From an uncultured Verrucomicrobiae bacterium (lineage in GTDB: Bacteria > Verrucomicrobiota > Verrucomicrobiia > Chthoniobacterales > JAFAMB01): a DNA stretch of 64,000 nucleotides. The position numbers and the translations under genes are program-made. The notes beneath the pieces are model-generated. The model made no database searches and was not told where the DNA came from. It saw only the letters and a program-made list of their open reading frames with translations. The stretch is from the NCBI GenBank assembly GCA_963793135.1, contig CAWBYX010000033.1, positions 33,708 through 97,707 of the forward strand. Direction: 5' to 3'. Of this stretch, positions 28,595-38,212 are shown one piece after another (within the stretch, counting starts at the first letter, position 1; every line of letters starts with the position of its first letter).

Positions 28595-29344
28595 TTACTC
28601 GTTGTCGAGTTTTTGCATTTTGATGTCGAAGGTGAGGGTGGTAATTCGCCGGTGCTTCGACCGCCCCAACTCTTCCAGCGAGATTCTTAGATCGGTTTTC
28701 TTATTTATCTCCGAAATGGCAGTGTCCAAGGCTCTCTGCCGTAAGTTGGCCCAGACTGGCAGAGGCGCTTCCTGGATCATGTTTCCTTCCGCGTCCCTGA
28801 TCGATTCGAGGCCGAGCACTTTCCGAAGTCGATCCAGCGAGACGCGCTTACTCCCGACAGTGGCATATTTTTTTGCCCAATTGTATAGGCGAAGCGAGTA
28901 CTGACTTCGCAGTCGAAGCTTGGCTGGTTTCTCGGTCAGATAGCGCGGCAAAAGATTCTTCAACTCTAGCCAGACATCTTCGAAACGGGGATTGAAGCTC
29001 AGATAGACTTCCGGATTCTCCGTTCCACGGACCTGCACCGAATCCACCCATCGAGTATAATTGATAATCGCTTGCGAGCCTTTGATTTCCTCAATCACCA
29101 GGCGATAATTAACAGCCAGCCGCAAAGCCGGCTTGAGCACTTTCTGTCCGCTACCGACCAAAATTGGTTCGCTCTGTCCGGGTCGATATTTTTCAAGCGC
29201 AGAATTTATCAGATTGCGTTCCGTCTCGGTGAGCATGAAATAGCTCTTCTGAACGCCGATCGGCAGAGATTCCTCGAGGCCTTTGTCGACTACGCTGTCT
29301 GGCAGTCGCCGCTGGATTGAACTTTTTGCTTTCGCCATGGTCAA
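28595..29344 (-). CDS. Plasmid-type replication initiator, Rep_3 (RepB/RepA/pi-like) family
   Basis: 249 aa. The second half follows the Rep_3 pattern: YTRWVDSVQV...LSFNPRFEDVWLELK...LRSQYSLRLYNWAKKY...VSLDRLRKVLGLE...LRQRALDTAISEINKKTDLRISLEE...RRITTLTFDIK. The probable true start is the ATG at 29338. Confidence 0.6.
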   Translation of the reverse strand: MTMAKAKSSIQRRLPDSVVDKGLEESLPIGVQKSYFMLTETERNLINSALEKYRPGQSEPILVGSGQKVLKPALRLAVNYRLVIEEIKGSQAIINYTRWVDSVQVRGTENPEVYLSFNPRFEDVWLELKNLLPRYLTEKPAKLRLRSQYSLRLYNWAKKYATVGSKRVSLDRLRKVLGLESIRDAEGNMIQEAPLPVWANLRQRALDTAISEINKKTDLRISLEELGRSKHRRITTLTFDIKMQKLDNE

Positions 29345-29458
29345 TTTCTTAGAATTTAAGCCGTTACTTCGTCGGAAATCACGCGAAAAGAGCTATTTAC
29401 CTTTACATCCCCTGCAAAACGTTATCAATGAACCATTGTACATAAAGGAGGTTTGACA

Positions 29459-29893
29459 ATGGCGACCACTGTCGAAACTGGACGCAGAATTACCAAGAGC
29501 TGGAACTTTGGCACCGGCCAACACCCACTAACACTCGACGAGTTCCTGGCCAGGAAGTCTCCTCACTTTAAGTTTTTTGCAGGTTCCGAACCCTGGATCG
29601 GCGACCATGAGCGCGTCACCTGGGAAAACTTTTTCCGGTTTTGTACCGAAGAAATGGACGACCTTTCAGAACTAACCTGCGGCATGGTTGTCGAGTATTG
29701 CCTTTCGGTGATCGAGAAATTGACCGCCAAGGTTAAACGACCTGTGACCAGGGCAAAAATCCAGGACGCGCTCGCCGACGGATACGAGGAGGCGTACGAG
29801 AACCCGGTCTTTCAATACCGCTGGGCGATGCGGCATCCTGTCGTATCGGAGGCAGTCAACCTTGCGTTACGGAATCTCAGGGAACGGGAGTAG
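29459..29893 (+). CDS. Hypothetical protein, divergent from the rep gene
   Basis: 144-aa ORF. AAGGAGG lies 8 nt upstream of the ATG at 29459. No recognisable domain. Confidence 0.5.
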   Translation: MATTVETGRRITKSWNFGTGQHPLTLDEFLARKSPHFKFFAGSEPWIGDHERVTWENFFRFCTEEMDDLSELTCGMVVEYCLSVIEKLTAKVKRPVTRAKIQDALADGYEEAYENPVFQYRWAMRHPVVSEAVNLALRNLRERE

Positions 29894-30043
29894 ATTCAGC
29901 ACCGTCCTATTCTCCGTGGGTAACTCGTCTGCATCGGGCTACGCAAAAACGAAGGGCATCGCACGGAGGTCACGGAGGGGTCTAGGAGATAGAGGGACTT
30001 CAACTTCGAAATTACCCACAGAAAGCAGCGAACTTCTTCATCC

Positions 30044-30481
30044 ATGCTCATTCGTCCGCCAGTCACCGCGTCTGAGTTTGAGGCCTATTACGCATTCCGA
30101 TGGAAAATCCTGAGGGAACCATGGAATCAACCGCTTGGATCCGAGCGAGATGACTTCGAGGGTGAAGCCATTCACCTCGCGGCCTGGGACGACGCGGGCC
30201 ACCTGCTCGGTATCGGCCGCCTGCATCGCGTGGCGGAAAATCGCGGGCAGGTCCGTTACATGGCGGTCGACCCGACCCGGCGAAGTCACGGCGTCGGGAA
30301 GGCCATCCTGCAGGAACTGGAGGCCCGCGCGATAGAATTGGGGATGCAGGAAATCAATCTGAATTCACGCCAGGACGCGGTACCATTCTATCAGAAAAAT
30401 GGATACCAGGTCCTAAGACCTGCGCACACTCTCTTTGGCACGATCCCACACTTCGAAATGTCGAAGCGATTGCCAGATTAA
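30044..30481 (+). CDS. GNAT-family N-acetyltransferase
   Basis: 145 aa. Acetyl-CoA motif region VRYMAVDPTRRSHGVGKAILQELE and C-terminal FYQKNGY. Confidence 0.8.
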   Translation: MLIRPPVTASEFEAYYAFRWKILREPWNQPLGSERDDFEGEAIHLAAWDDAGHLLGIGRLHRVAENRGQVRYMAVDPTRRSHGVGKAILQELEARAIELGMQEINLNSRQDAVPFYQKNGYQVLRPAHTLFGTIPHFEMSKRLPD

Positions 30482-30511
30482 GCCCCGAGAGACAGGCTAT
30501 CAACCTACGCT

Positions 30512-30680
30512 ATGCTACATCGTTCTCCGGAGTGTAGAGCGATTTCTCAAAAGAACCTGCCGGGTGGTCCACGAACCACGGCGACCAAGCTAGCGGACTC
30601 AGATCTAGGATTCATCAAGTTCCCCACCGACACAGGCTGGAAGCCTATGCTGCATTGGTCTCCCGGAGCGTCGAGGGATG
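30512..30680. repeat. Two diverged copies of an approximately 33-nt dispersed repeat
   Basis: tatgctacatcgttctccggagtgtagagcgat (30512-30543) versus tatgctgcattggtctcccggagcgtcgagggat (30646-30678). The second is preceded by acaggctggaagcc. Confidence 0.6.
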
Positions 30681-30728
30681 CCTGCAAAACATCTTCACAG
30701 GCAGATTCACGGACCTACATTAACAGGA

Positions 30729-31856
30729 TTAGCGTTGTTCAATCGGAACAAATTTTTTGCCCACCGGGTCGCCGGTGTACTCACTTAACGGACGATAGAG
30801 CCGATTGTCGGCGAGTTGCTCAAGAACATGAGCCGTCCACCCCGCCGTTCGGGATATCGCAAATATGCAGGTGAACAGATCGGTCGGGATACCGAGAGAA
30901 TAATAGACCGTCGCGGAGTAAAAATCGACGTTGGCATGCAATCCCTTCTTCTCTTTCATAAGTGCTGCTATCCTCTCGGACATTTCGATCCATTTGGGCT
31001 CGCCGAGCTCGCTGCTGAGCTGAATGGCCATCGCTTTAAGGATCGGGGCTCTCGGATCGAGCACCTTGTAAACCCGGTGCCCGATACCCATGATTTTTTT
31101 CTTTTGTGCCAAAGCTTGGTCGATATAGGTGTCCACTTTGTCCGGGGAACCAATTTCCTGGAGCATATGGATCACACCTTCGTTGGCTCCCCCGTGCAAC
31201 GGTCCTTTAAGCGTTCCGATCGCGGCGGTGATCGACGAATAAATATCGGTTAAGGTTGAAGTAGTCACCCGCGCGCTAAAGGTGGAAGCGTTCATACCAT
31301 GTTCGGCGTGCAGAACGTAAGCGACGTCCAGCGTCGCGGTCTTCTTTTCGGATGGCTCTTGACCATCCAACAAATAAAGAAAATGGCCGGCTTCACTTAA
31401 ATCCTGACGGACGGGCGGCAAATCGAGCCCATTTCGTGCCCGGTGGAAGTAGGCAATAATGACTCCCACCTTCGCGGTAATACTGATGGCACGGCGTCGC
31501 GTCGCTTCCAAGCTCTCGTCCAGGGTCAACATCAAATCGTGCAGGCCTAACATCGAAACCGCGGTGCGAAGAACGTCGATCGGTAAGGCCGTCTTGGGAG
31601 CGGTCTTCAAAAACTCAATGACCTGATCCGGTAATTGACGTTCTGCGGCCAAGAGTTTCTTGAACTCAGCCAACTCCGAACGATTCGGTAGTTTGTTGTG
31701 CCATAACAGGTAAATGACCTCTTCAAAAGAGGCTTTACCAGCAAGCTCGTTGATATCGTATCCGCAATAAATCAGCTGTCCTTCCTGCCCACGGACGTCA
31801 CCAAGCCGAGTATCGGTAGCAACGATTCCTTCCAACCCTCTTGATATTACAGACAT
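30729..31856 (-). CDS. gltA: Citrate synthase (short, approximately 375-aa type)
   Basis: MGIGHRVYKVLDPRA, with catalytic His/Asp context. Could alternatively be 2-methylcitrate synthase. Confidence 0.85.
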   Translation of the reverse strand: MSVISRGLEGIVATDTRLGDVRGQEGQLIYCGYDINELAGKASFEEVIYLLWHNKLPNRSELAEFKKLLAAERQLPDQVIEFLKTAPKTALPIDVLRTAVSMLGLHDLMLTLDESLEATRRRAISITAKVGVIIAYFHRARNGLDLPPVRQDLSEAGHFLYLLDGQEPSEKKTATLDVAYVLHAEHGMNASTFSARVTTSTLTDIYSSITAAIGTLKGPLHGGANEGVIHMLQEIGSPDKVDTYIDQALAQKKKIMGIGHRVYKVLDPRAPILKAMAIQLSSELGEPKWIEMSERIAALMKEKKGLHANVDFYSATVYYSLGIPTDLFTCIFAISRTAGWTAHVLEQLADNRLYRPLSEYTGDPVGKKFVPIEQR

Positions 31857-31865
31857 AAGCTTGAG

Positions 31866-32741
31866 TTAATGTTTTAGAATCTTGATCAGTGTGTCTCCCA
31901 TGCTGGCAGGCGTTTCCGCCACCGCTATACCAGCCTCGCGCAGTGCTTCGATCTTTCCGGCCGCTGTTCCTTTACCGCCGGAAACGATCGCTCCAGCATG
32001 CCCCATGCGCCGCCCGGGCGGTGCTGTCGCTCCAGCGATAAAAGCGGCCACCGGCTTCTGGTAATGCTCTTTGATCCAAAGGGCAGCTTCTTCCTCCGCT
32101 GTCCCGCCTATCTCCCCGATCAGGATGATCGCGTCGGTTTCCGGATCTTCGCTGAATAATTGTACTGCATCCAGGTGGGACGTCCCGTTAATGGGATCAC
32201 CACCGATTCCGATACAGGTTGACTGGCCGTATCCACGCTGGGTCAACTGCCAGACCGCCTCATAAGTTAAAGTGCCCGATCGGGAGATGACCCCGATTTT
32301 TCCCGGTTTATGAATGTAGCCCGGCATGATCCCAATCTTGCACTGCCCTGGAGTGATAATGCCGGGGCAGTTGGGCCCGATTAAGCGGGATTTCTTTTCC
32401 TTAAGGATCGTCTTCGCCCGCATCATATCCATGACAGGAATGCCTTCGGTGATGCAGACGATCAATTCCACACCGGCATCCGCAGCTTCCAGGATTGCGT
32501 CCGCAGCAAAGGCGGCCGGCACAAAAATCATCGTCGCGTTGCAGCCTGTTTGTTGGCGTGCTTCGTAGACGGTGTCGAAGACCGGAACTTTCCCCTCGAA
32601 CATCAGGCCCCCTTTGCCCGGTGTGACCCCCGCGACGACATTCGTTCCGTATTCCATGCAACCATTGGCATGGAAGGCTCCGGAACTGCCAGTAATGCCC
32701 TGGACCAGGAGCCTCGTGTTTTTATCAACAAGAATAGACAT
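31866..32741 (-). CDS. sucD: Succinyl-CoA synthetase alpha subunit
   Basis: 291 aa. [13 protein letters not shown] and the phosphohistidine loop [13 protein letters not shown]. Confidence 0.95.
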   Translation of the reverse strand: MSILVDKNTRLLVQGITGSSGAFHANGCMEYGTNVVAGVTPGKGGLMFEGKVPVFDTVYEARQQTGCNATMIFVPAAFAADAILEAADAGVELIVCITEGIPVMDMMRAKTILKEKKSRLIGPNCPGIITPGQCKIGIMPGYIHKPGKIGVISRSGTLTYEAVWQLTQRGYGQSTCIGIGGDPINGTSHLDAVQLFSEDPETDAIILIGEIGGTAEEEAALWIKEHYQKPVAAFIAGATAPPGRRMGHAGAIVSGGKGTAAGKIEALREAGIAVAETPASMGDTLIKILKH

Positions 32742-32747
32742 GAGCTT

Positions 32748-33089
32748 TCAATTTTTCCGAGGGTGTCGCTTATGGAGGTAGATCGAATTCCCATCCGGAT
32801 CGGTAATAATCGCCATTCGACAGGCGGGATTCTCGAACGGCTCGACAAGGAATTTGGTGTCGCCGGCGCGCAGATCGCCTACGGCGGAATCGAAATCATC
32901 GACCTCGAAAGCAACCGACGGCCCATCACTCGAAGGTTTCCATTCCTCCTTGAACATGTTGCTAATGGCAAAAGTCGATGAGCCCAGATCATATTCGATC
33001 CAATGCCCGTTCGGATTTTCAAATATCCGGCTCGGCTCGAGCTTCAATACGCCTTCGTAAAAGGCTCGGGCGCGCACGATGTCCGTCAA
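32748..33089 (-). CDS. VOC/glyoxalase-family small protein inserted between sucC and sucD
   Basis: 113 aa. FYEGVLKL...ITDPDGNSIYLH beta-alpha-beta-beta-beta pattern. Confidence 0.7.
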   Translation of the reverse strand: MTDIVRARAFYEGVLKLEPSRIFENPNGHWIEYDLGSSTFAISNMFKEEWKPSSDGPSVAFEVDDFDSAVGDLRAGDTKFLVEPFENPACRMAIITDPDGNSIYLHKRHPRKN

Positions 33090-33130
33090 CGGGATATCCG
33101 GTAAATGCCACTTCGGTGATTTTCATGCTC

Positions 33131-34330
33131 TCAGAGTTGGGTTTTGCCGGCTTTAGCTCCCGCCACGACTCTCTGCGCCGCCTCTGCAAGGTCGGACGCC
33201 GCTTGAATCGGCAGCTTCGATTCTTCCAGCAACTTTTTACCAAGTGCCACGTTGGTACCCTCCAATCGCACGACCAGCGGCACCGGTAAACTGACCGCCT
33301 TCACCGCGTTGATAATTCCCTGGGCGATCACATCACAACGCATGATTCCCCCGAAGATGTTTACCAGGATCGCTTTGACGTTTGGGTCCGAGACCAGGAT
33401 TTTGAATGCCTCGGTCACCTGTTGTTCACTGGCGCCGCCCCCCACATCCAGGAAATTCGCGGGTTCGCCGCCCGCATACTTGATAATGTCCATGGTGGCC
33501 ATGGCGAGGCCGGCACCATTGACCAGACAGGCGATGTTCCCATCCAGCCCGATGTAATTGAGATTGAACTTCGACGCCTCAACCTCCCGCGGGTCTTCTT
33601 CGTGCACGTCCCGCATCTCGAGAATCTCCTTGTGCCGATAAAGCGCGTTGTCGTCGAAATTAAACTTCGCGTCGAGCGCGAGGACCTCGCCCTTATCGGT
33701 CACCACCAGGGGATTGATTTCCACCATTGAACAATCGAGCGATTCGAAAAGTTTGTAGAGATTCAGAAACAACTTGGAAGCGGCTTTCAACTGGTCTCCC
33801 TTAAAATTGAGCTCCCGGCTGAGCTTCAGAGCCTGGTAAGGCTGCAATCCGAGCAAAGGGTGAACCGGTTCGCGAATGATTTTCTCCGGGTGTTCCTCAG
33901 CGATCTTCTCGATCTCGACGCCTCCCTCCGTGCTTGCCACGACCATGGGCGCTCCGGAGGCGCGATCCATCAGAATCGCAAAATAAATCTCTCGCTCGAT
34001 GTTGACCGATGCGGCGACCAGAATCTTCCGGACAACCTTCCCGGCCGGACCAGTCTGATGCGTGACCAGAGTTTGCCCTAGCATTTTCTCCGCCAGATCG
34101 CGCGCTTCGGCGGGAGTTTTACACAGCTTCACCCCGCCTTTGAAGCCGTTTGCGAAAATACCCTTTCCGCGGCCGCCTGCATGGATCTGAGCCTTAACGA
34201 CGAGTTCCGTGGCATTGAGCGAGCTCGCGACTTTCTCAGCTTCCTCCGGAGTCTCGGCAGGTGCGCCCTTCGGTGTGGCAACGTTGAACCGTTGAAAAAG
34301 CTGCTTGGCCTGATATTCGTGAATATTCAT
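33131..34330 (-). CDS. sucC: Succinyl-CoA synthetase beta subunit
   Basis: Start set at [12 protein letters not shown] (ATG at 34330). IHAGGRGKG. The 117-codon upstream extension of the ORF track runs through a repeat and is rejected. Confidence 0.95.
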   Translation of the reverse strand: MNIHEYQAKQLFQRFNVATPKGAPAETPEEAEKVASSLNATELVVKAQIHAGGRGKGIFANGFKGGVKLCKTPAEARDLAEKMLGQTLVTHQTGPAGKVVRKILVAASVNIEREIYFAILMDRASGAPMVVASTEGGVEIEKIAEEHPEKIIREPVHPLLGLQPYQALKLSRELNFKGDQLKAASKLFLNLYKLFESLDCSMVEINPLVVTDKGEVLALDAKFNFDDNALYRHKEILEMRDVHEEDPREVEASKFNLNYIGLDGNIACLVNGAGLAMATMDIIKYAGGEPANFLDVGGGASEQQVTEAFKILVSDPNVKAILVNIFGGIMRCDVIAQGIINAVKAVSLPVPLVVRLEGTNVALGKKLLEESKLPIQAASDLAEAAQRVVAGAKAGKTQL

Positions 34331-34431
34331 TTCAGAGGGATCTACCGTTGGGAGCCATGAAGAGGGGTGGCTCCTTTGAACATAGGGCGGCCCTGGAATG
34401 ACCGTCAATCGGGAAGTGAGGGAAAGGAGAA

Positions 34432-34678
34432 CGGATCGGCGAGGGAGGGGGAAACGTATCGGCGGGTCGGGGCGGAAACGGGTCGGCGGGTCGGCGTGGG
34501 GCGGGTCGGCGATCAGCAGCACCCGCTGACTGCACCTCTCATACCTTAAACGCAGAAGCCGAGAAGCCGTCGAGCCTTCCTGACTGTGCCCCTGAACGAA
34601 CGCTGACGGTCGATCCGTCGATCCGCCAGGCATCGCCGACCCGCCCCTACGCCGAACCGCCGATACGTTCCTCGCCCT
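34432..34678. repeat. Inverted minisatellite of the GGAAACGTATCGGCGGGTCGGCG family (second locus)
   Basis: The left arm at 34432-34512 has ggaaacgtatcggcgggtcgg and ggaaacgggtcggcgggtcggcg. The right arm at 34632-34678 is complementary (atcgccgacccgcccctacgccgaaccgccgatacgttcc). Confidence 0.8.
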
Positions 34679-35073
34679 CACTCCGGCGCAATTCTCCCGC
34701 GCGATTGCTTGATCTCAGATCTGTGTTCTTTGGATTTTCGGATTTCGCGCCGGAGCGCCCGGGGCCGCTTGGAATTGCGGCGCCGTTCCTGTTCGCTCGC
34801 CGCCCTGCGCTGGGCGGCCTGCCGTTTCCGTGTTTCTTCGATCAATGTGATGAGCCGATTAACCGCCAGTTGGCGATTCCGATACTGAGAACGCGTCTCT
34901 TGGACTGTCACCGACATCCCCGATGGCCGATGAAGCAAGGTGACGGCGGTCGAGACTTTGTTGACATGCTGGCCACCCGGTCCGCTCGAGCGGGAAAAAA
35001 CCTCCTCGAACTCGTCAACGCGCAGTCCGAGACGACGCATTCGGTGGGCTGAGTCTGGAGGTGTGTCGAGCAC
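34678..35073 (-). CDS. arfB: Alternative ribosome-rescue factor ArfB (peptidyl-tRNA hydrolase, GGQ domain)
   Basis: 131 aa. GPGGQHVNK and a basic C-terminal tail. Confidence 0.85.
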   Translation of the reverse strand: MLDTPPDSAHRMRRLGLRVDEFEEVFSRSSGPGGQHVNKVSTAVTLLHRPSGMSVTVQETRSQYRNRQLAVNRLITLIEETRKRQAAQRRAASEQERRRNSKRPRALRREIRKSKEHRSEIKQSRGRIAPE

Positions 35074-35145
35074 GCTCCGAGTTTAAATCCGTAAGCTCGA
35101 AGTTCAAGGACGCTCAAGCTGAAGGTCGACCGCAGCCCCCGAAGC

Positions 35146-35196
35146 TAAACACCGAACGCTGAACACCAAACGCTCAACGCTGAACTCCGAACGCTC
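35146..35196. repeat. GAACGCTGAAC minisatellite, the complement orientation of the GCGTTC family
   Basis: taaacaccgaacgctgaacaccaaacgctcaacgctgaactccgaacgctc lies between the arfB start and the ribE stop. Confidence 0.75.
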
Positions 35197-35776
35197 CCAC
35201 CAGCCGCTCGACGTATTTCGCGATCAGGTCGAATTCAAGGTTCACCCGATCTCCCGGCCGCAGTTGGCGCAAATTCGTCAGGCTCCATGTATGAGGGATA
35301 ATCCAATTGACAAACCGATCCGAATCCAATTCCGCAACCGTGAGGCTGACTCCGTTCACTGCGATGGATCCTTTAAAAATGACGTATTGCGCAAAATCCC
35401 GCGGCAACTCGATCTCGATCCGGTGATCCTGCCCGTGGGCCTCCACGGCCAGCAGTTGCGCAGTGGTATCGACGTGACCTTGAACAATGTGCCCATCGAA
35501 TCGGCTGGAAGCTGCCATAGATCGTTCAAGATTGACCAGGTCGCCGACTTTCAAGTCGATCAAGTTGCTTCGTTTGACCGTTTCAGCCAGCAGATCAAAT
35601 CCCAGGATGGAAGGAGTTTGCGAAACTACGGTCAAACAAACGCCGTTATTGGCGAGGGAATCGCCGATCTTCATTTGCGACGCGAGCGGGGTCCGGAGTT
35701 CCAGAAGATAGGTTCCTGGAGTCGATTCAACCATCCGTGCGACCTCTCCGACCACTTCGACAATTCCCGTAAACAT
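35174..35776 (-). CDS. ribE: Riboflavin synthase alpha chain
   Basis: 200 aa. MFTGIVEVVGEV and an internally duplicated lumazine-binding domain. Confidence 0.9.
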   Translation of the reverse strand: MFTGIVEVVGEVARMVESTPGTYLLELRTPLASQMKIGDSLANNGVCLTVVSQTPSILGFDLLAETVKRSNLIDLKVGDLVNLERSMAASSRFDGHIVQGHVDTTAQLLAVEAHGQDHRIEIELPRDFAQYVIFKGSIAVNGVSLTVAELDSDRFVNWIIPHTWSLTNLRQLRPGDRVNLEFDLIAKYVERLVGAFGVQR

Positions 35777-35906
35777 GTGCCGGAGTATATGCAGGACCAG
35801 AAACGATGGAAATACCAGCTTTCATGGCGGCCACGTCCTATCGGTTGAAAAAGGTCGCTCCGTATTGACTTTAGCTATCCCAAACTTTAATGGGAGGGAT
35901 CAATTC

Positions 35907-36827
35907 ATGCAGAAGGTGATCATTGTCGGCACCGGTTGCGCAGGCCTGACGGCTGCGATCTACACCGCGCGCGCAAACCTGGAACCGCTCGTGTTGGAGG
36001 GCCGGGAACCGGGCGGCCAGCTCACGAGCACCACTTTGGTAGAGAATTTCCCTGGTTTTCCCGACGGTATTGACGGGCCGCAACTGGTCATGAACATGCA
36101 TCGGCAGGCCGAAAAATTCGGGGCTGAATTTAAGTATGCCGAGGTACGGGAATTCGAGCCCGTTGACGGCCAATACCATCTCAATGTGGATGGCGAGTTG
36201 ATCGAAGCGCAGTCGGTGATCATCGCCAGCGGTGCCTCCGCCAAGTGGCTCGGACTTGAACATGAGTACAAGTTTAAGGGGCACGGGGTCACATCCTGCG
36301 CGACTTGTGACGGGGCGTTTTATCGGAACGTGCCGGTTTGCGTGATCGGCGGCGGCGACACCGCCACCGAGGAAGCAATCTTTCTCACTCGATTTGCTTC
36401 CGAAGTGTTTCTGATCCATCGGCGCGGCACCCTCCGCGCGACCAAAATAATGGCCGAACGCGCGTTGAATCATCCGAAAATCAAGCCCGTTTGGAATACC
36501 GAAGTTAGCCGGTATTTAGCCGATAAAAAAGGCGAAGTGGAGGGTGTCGAACTGAGAAACGTCGAAACCGGCAAGATTTCCACCCTGAATGTGAAATGCG
36601 TTTTCGTAGCGATCGGCCACACGCCGAACACCGAACCATTCAAGGGCAAAGTCGAGATGGACCCGAACGGCTACCTCCTTCGGAGGAAAGGCACGCAAAC
36701 AAATCTACCCGGAGTTTTTGCCGCTGGAGACGTGGCCGACCCGATCTATCGCCAGGCCGTTACCGCGGCCGGTCAAGGATGTGCCGCAGCCATCGAAGCG
36801 GAGCGCTATCTCACGGATCTGGAATAG
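35907..36827 (+). CDS. trxB: Thioredoxin-disulfide reductase
   Basis: Start at the ATG at 35907, with GGGAGGG 9 nt upstream. IIVGTGCAGLTAAIY. Redox-active CATCDG. Confidence 0.9.
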   Translation: MQKVIIVGTGCAGLTAAIYTARANLEPLVLEGREPGGQLTSTTLVENFPGFPDGIDGPQLVMNMHRQAEKFGAEFKYAEVREFEPVDGQYHLNVDGELIEAQSVIIASGASAKWLGLEHEYKFKGHGVTSCATCDGAFYRNVPVCVIGGGDTATEEAIFLTRFASEVFLIHRRGTLRATKIMAERALNHPKIKPVWNTEVSRYLADKKGEVEGVELRNVETGKISTLNVKCVFVAIGHTPNTEPFKGKVEMDPNGYLLRRKGTQTNLPGVFAAGDVADPIYRQAVTAAGQGCAAAIEAERYLTDLE

Positions 36828-36851
36828 GCCGTCCTGCACAGATCTGCGACC

Positions 36852-37240
36852 CTACCGCAACGGGGCGCCGGTGTAACGAGCCAGGAAATGGTCACGCGGC
36901 GCGACATTCCGCGTGATTGATTTCTGCCAAAATTCGAGCGCCTGAACTGTCCCGGCGGAACCGAACACACTTTTCTTCCGTCCGGAGTCGCGTTCCAAGC
37001 AGTGACACAATCCACGAACCACTTGCTCTGCCGATCTCCCGCAGCACCGCCCGGCGCGTAGAATTGCCAGAATGAAAGCGGTTTGGTCGCAGCAGCCTTT
37101 GAGGTCAAAATAAACGGGCCGAACACCGCCGCGCCCACTGCGGCCTTACCTCCAACTTTCAGCAGTTTTCGGCGGCTAATGCCGTCTGCGGCCTCAGGTG
37201 CTTTTTTTGAACAATCGTCTTCTAGCTTGGTATCAGCCAT
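36852..37240 (-). pseudogene. Decayed paralog of the sugar-ABC substrate-binding protein gene (internal deletion, frameshift and truncation)
   Basis: The first approximately 88 aa (Tat leader ISRRKLL, LSFWQFYAP, SKWFVDCVTAWNAT) parallel the 39332-40726 protein. After PDG a 1-nt shift reads GRKKSVFGSAGTVQALEFWQKSITRNVAPR. This matches DGKKSAFNSPGTVQALKFWQDSIKQNVASR, which lies about 150 residues further into the intact copy. It then stops at 36852. Confidence 0.7.
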
Positions 37241-37376
37241 ACAGCATCTGCATCCTTCCCCAGATTCAAGGATATCTACTTATCTATGGTTATCTCTTCG
37301 CTGGACCCACCTTCGATGCGAACCCTGGTCTGAGCTTAATCGCGCTCTTTGGGAAAACGTACTCCCTTGCTCAAAA

Positions 37377-38207
37377 TCATTTGATACCCGTGGTCTTGAT
37401 CGATTCGACCAACTGGCGTTGGAAGACAAAGAAGAGAATGAGCGTCGGCATCGCTACCACGACCGAGGCTGCCATAATATAATTCCAGGCCGCAGAGTAC
37501 TGTCCCTGGAAACTGGCAATCCCGAGCTGCACCAGCCAGAGGTCCTGATTGGTGGTAATCGTTAAGGGCCAAAGAAACGCATTCCAATTAACTAAAAAAA
37601 AGAAGACCGCTAAGGCCGATAAAATCGGCCGGCTGAGCGGAAGCATGATATTCCAATAAATTCCCCAGTAACTCGCTCCATCGATGATCGCCGCTTCTTG
37701 CAGATCAAGCGGTATGCCTAAATAAAACTGGCGCAACAGGAAGATTCCAAATGCGTTGAAGGTCACCGGTATAATCAGGCCGGCATAGCTGTTAACCATT
37801 CCCATCTTTTGCACCAGGATGAATAGCGGAACAATGATCACCTGTAACGACACCAGAAAGGTCGAAAATATAATCATAAAGATAGTTTCGCGTCCTGGAA
37901 ATCGGAGCCGGGCGAAAGCGTATCCGGCCATGGAATGGAAAAGGAGCGCGATCACGGTGATCGTTCCAGCCACGAAGAAGGTGTTAAGGATATAGCGAAC
38001 GAATGGCAATTGAGTGAAAACATACCCAAAGTTTTCCAATGTCGGGTGCTTTGGAATCAGGGTTGAGTTGAAGATTTCATCGGGTTCCTTGAGCGATGCC
38101 GAGACCATCCAGACCAAGGGAGAGGCGGTGATTATGGCAAGCGTCGCGGTTGAGAAAATCAACATCCATCGACTCACCCGAAAGCCCGAGCTGTTTTCTC
38201 GATTCAT
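37377..38207 (-). CDS. Carbohydrate ABC transporter permease (MalG/UgpE-like)
   Basis: 276 aa, 6 TM. EAA loop QEAAIIDGASYWGIYWNIMLPL. Confidence 0.85.
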   Translation of the reverse strand: MNRENSSGFRVSRWMLIFSTATLAIITASPLVWMVSASLKEPDEIFNSTLIPKHPTLENFGYVFTQLPFVRYILNTFFVAGTITVIALLFHSMAGYAFARLRFPGRETIFMIIFSTFLVSLQVIIVPLFILVQKMGMVNSYAGLIIPVTFNAFGIFLLRQFYLGIPLDLQEAAIIDGASYWGIYWNIMLPLSRPILSALAVFFFLVNWNAFLWPLTITTNQDLWLVQLGIASFQGQYSAAWNYIMAASVVVAMPTLILFFVFQRQLVESIKTTGIK

Positions 38208-38212
38208 AAAAT

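Noticed and set aside
33131-34681. N-terminal extensions in the ORF track (sucC 516 aa; also trxB from 35775, SRAP from 43435, GST-like from 49328, oxidoreductases from 52156 and to 59970, secreted protein to 61860, alaS to 58686)
   Set aside because: In each case a conserved canonical N-terminus begins at an internal Met (for example [27 protein letters not shown]). The upstream codons cross repeats or neighbouring genes.
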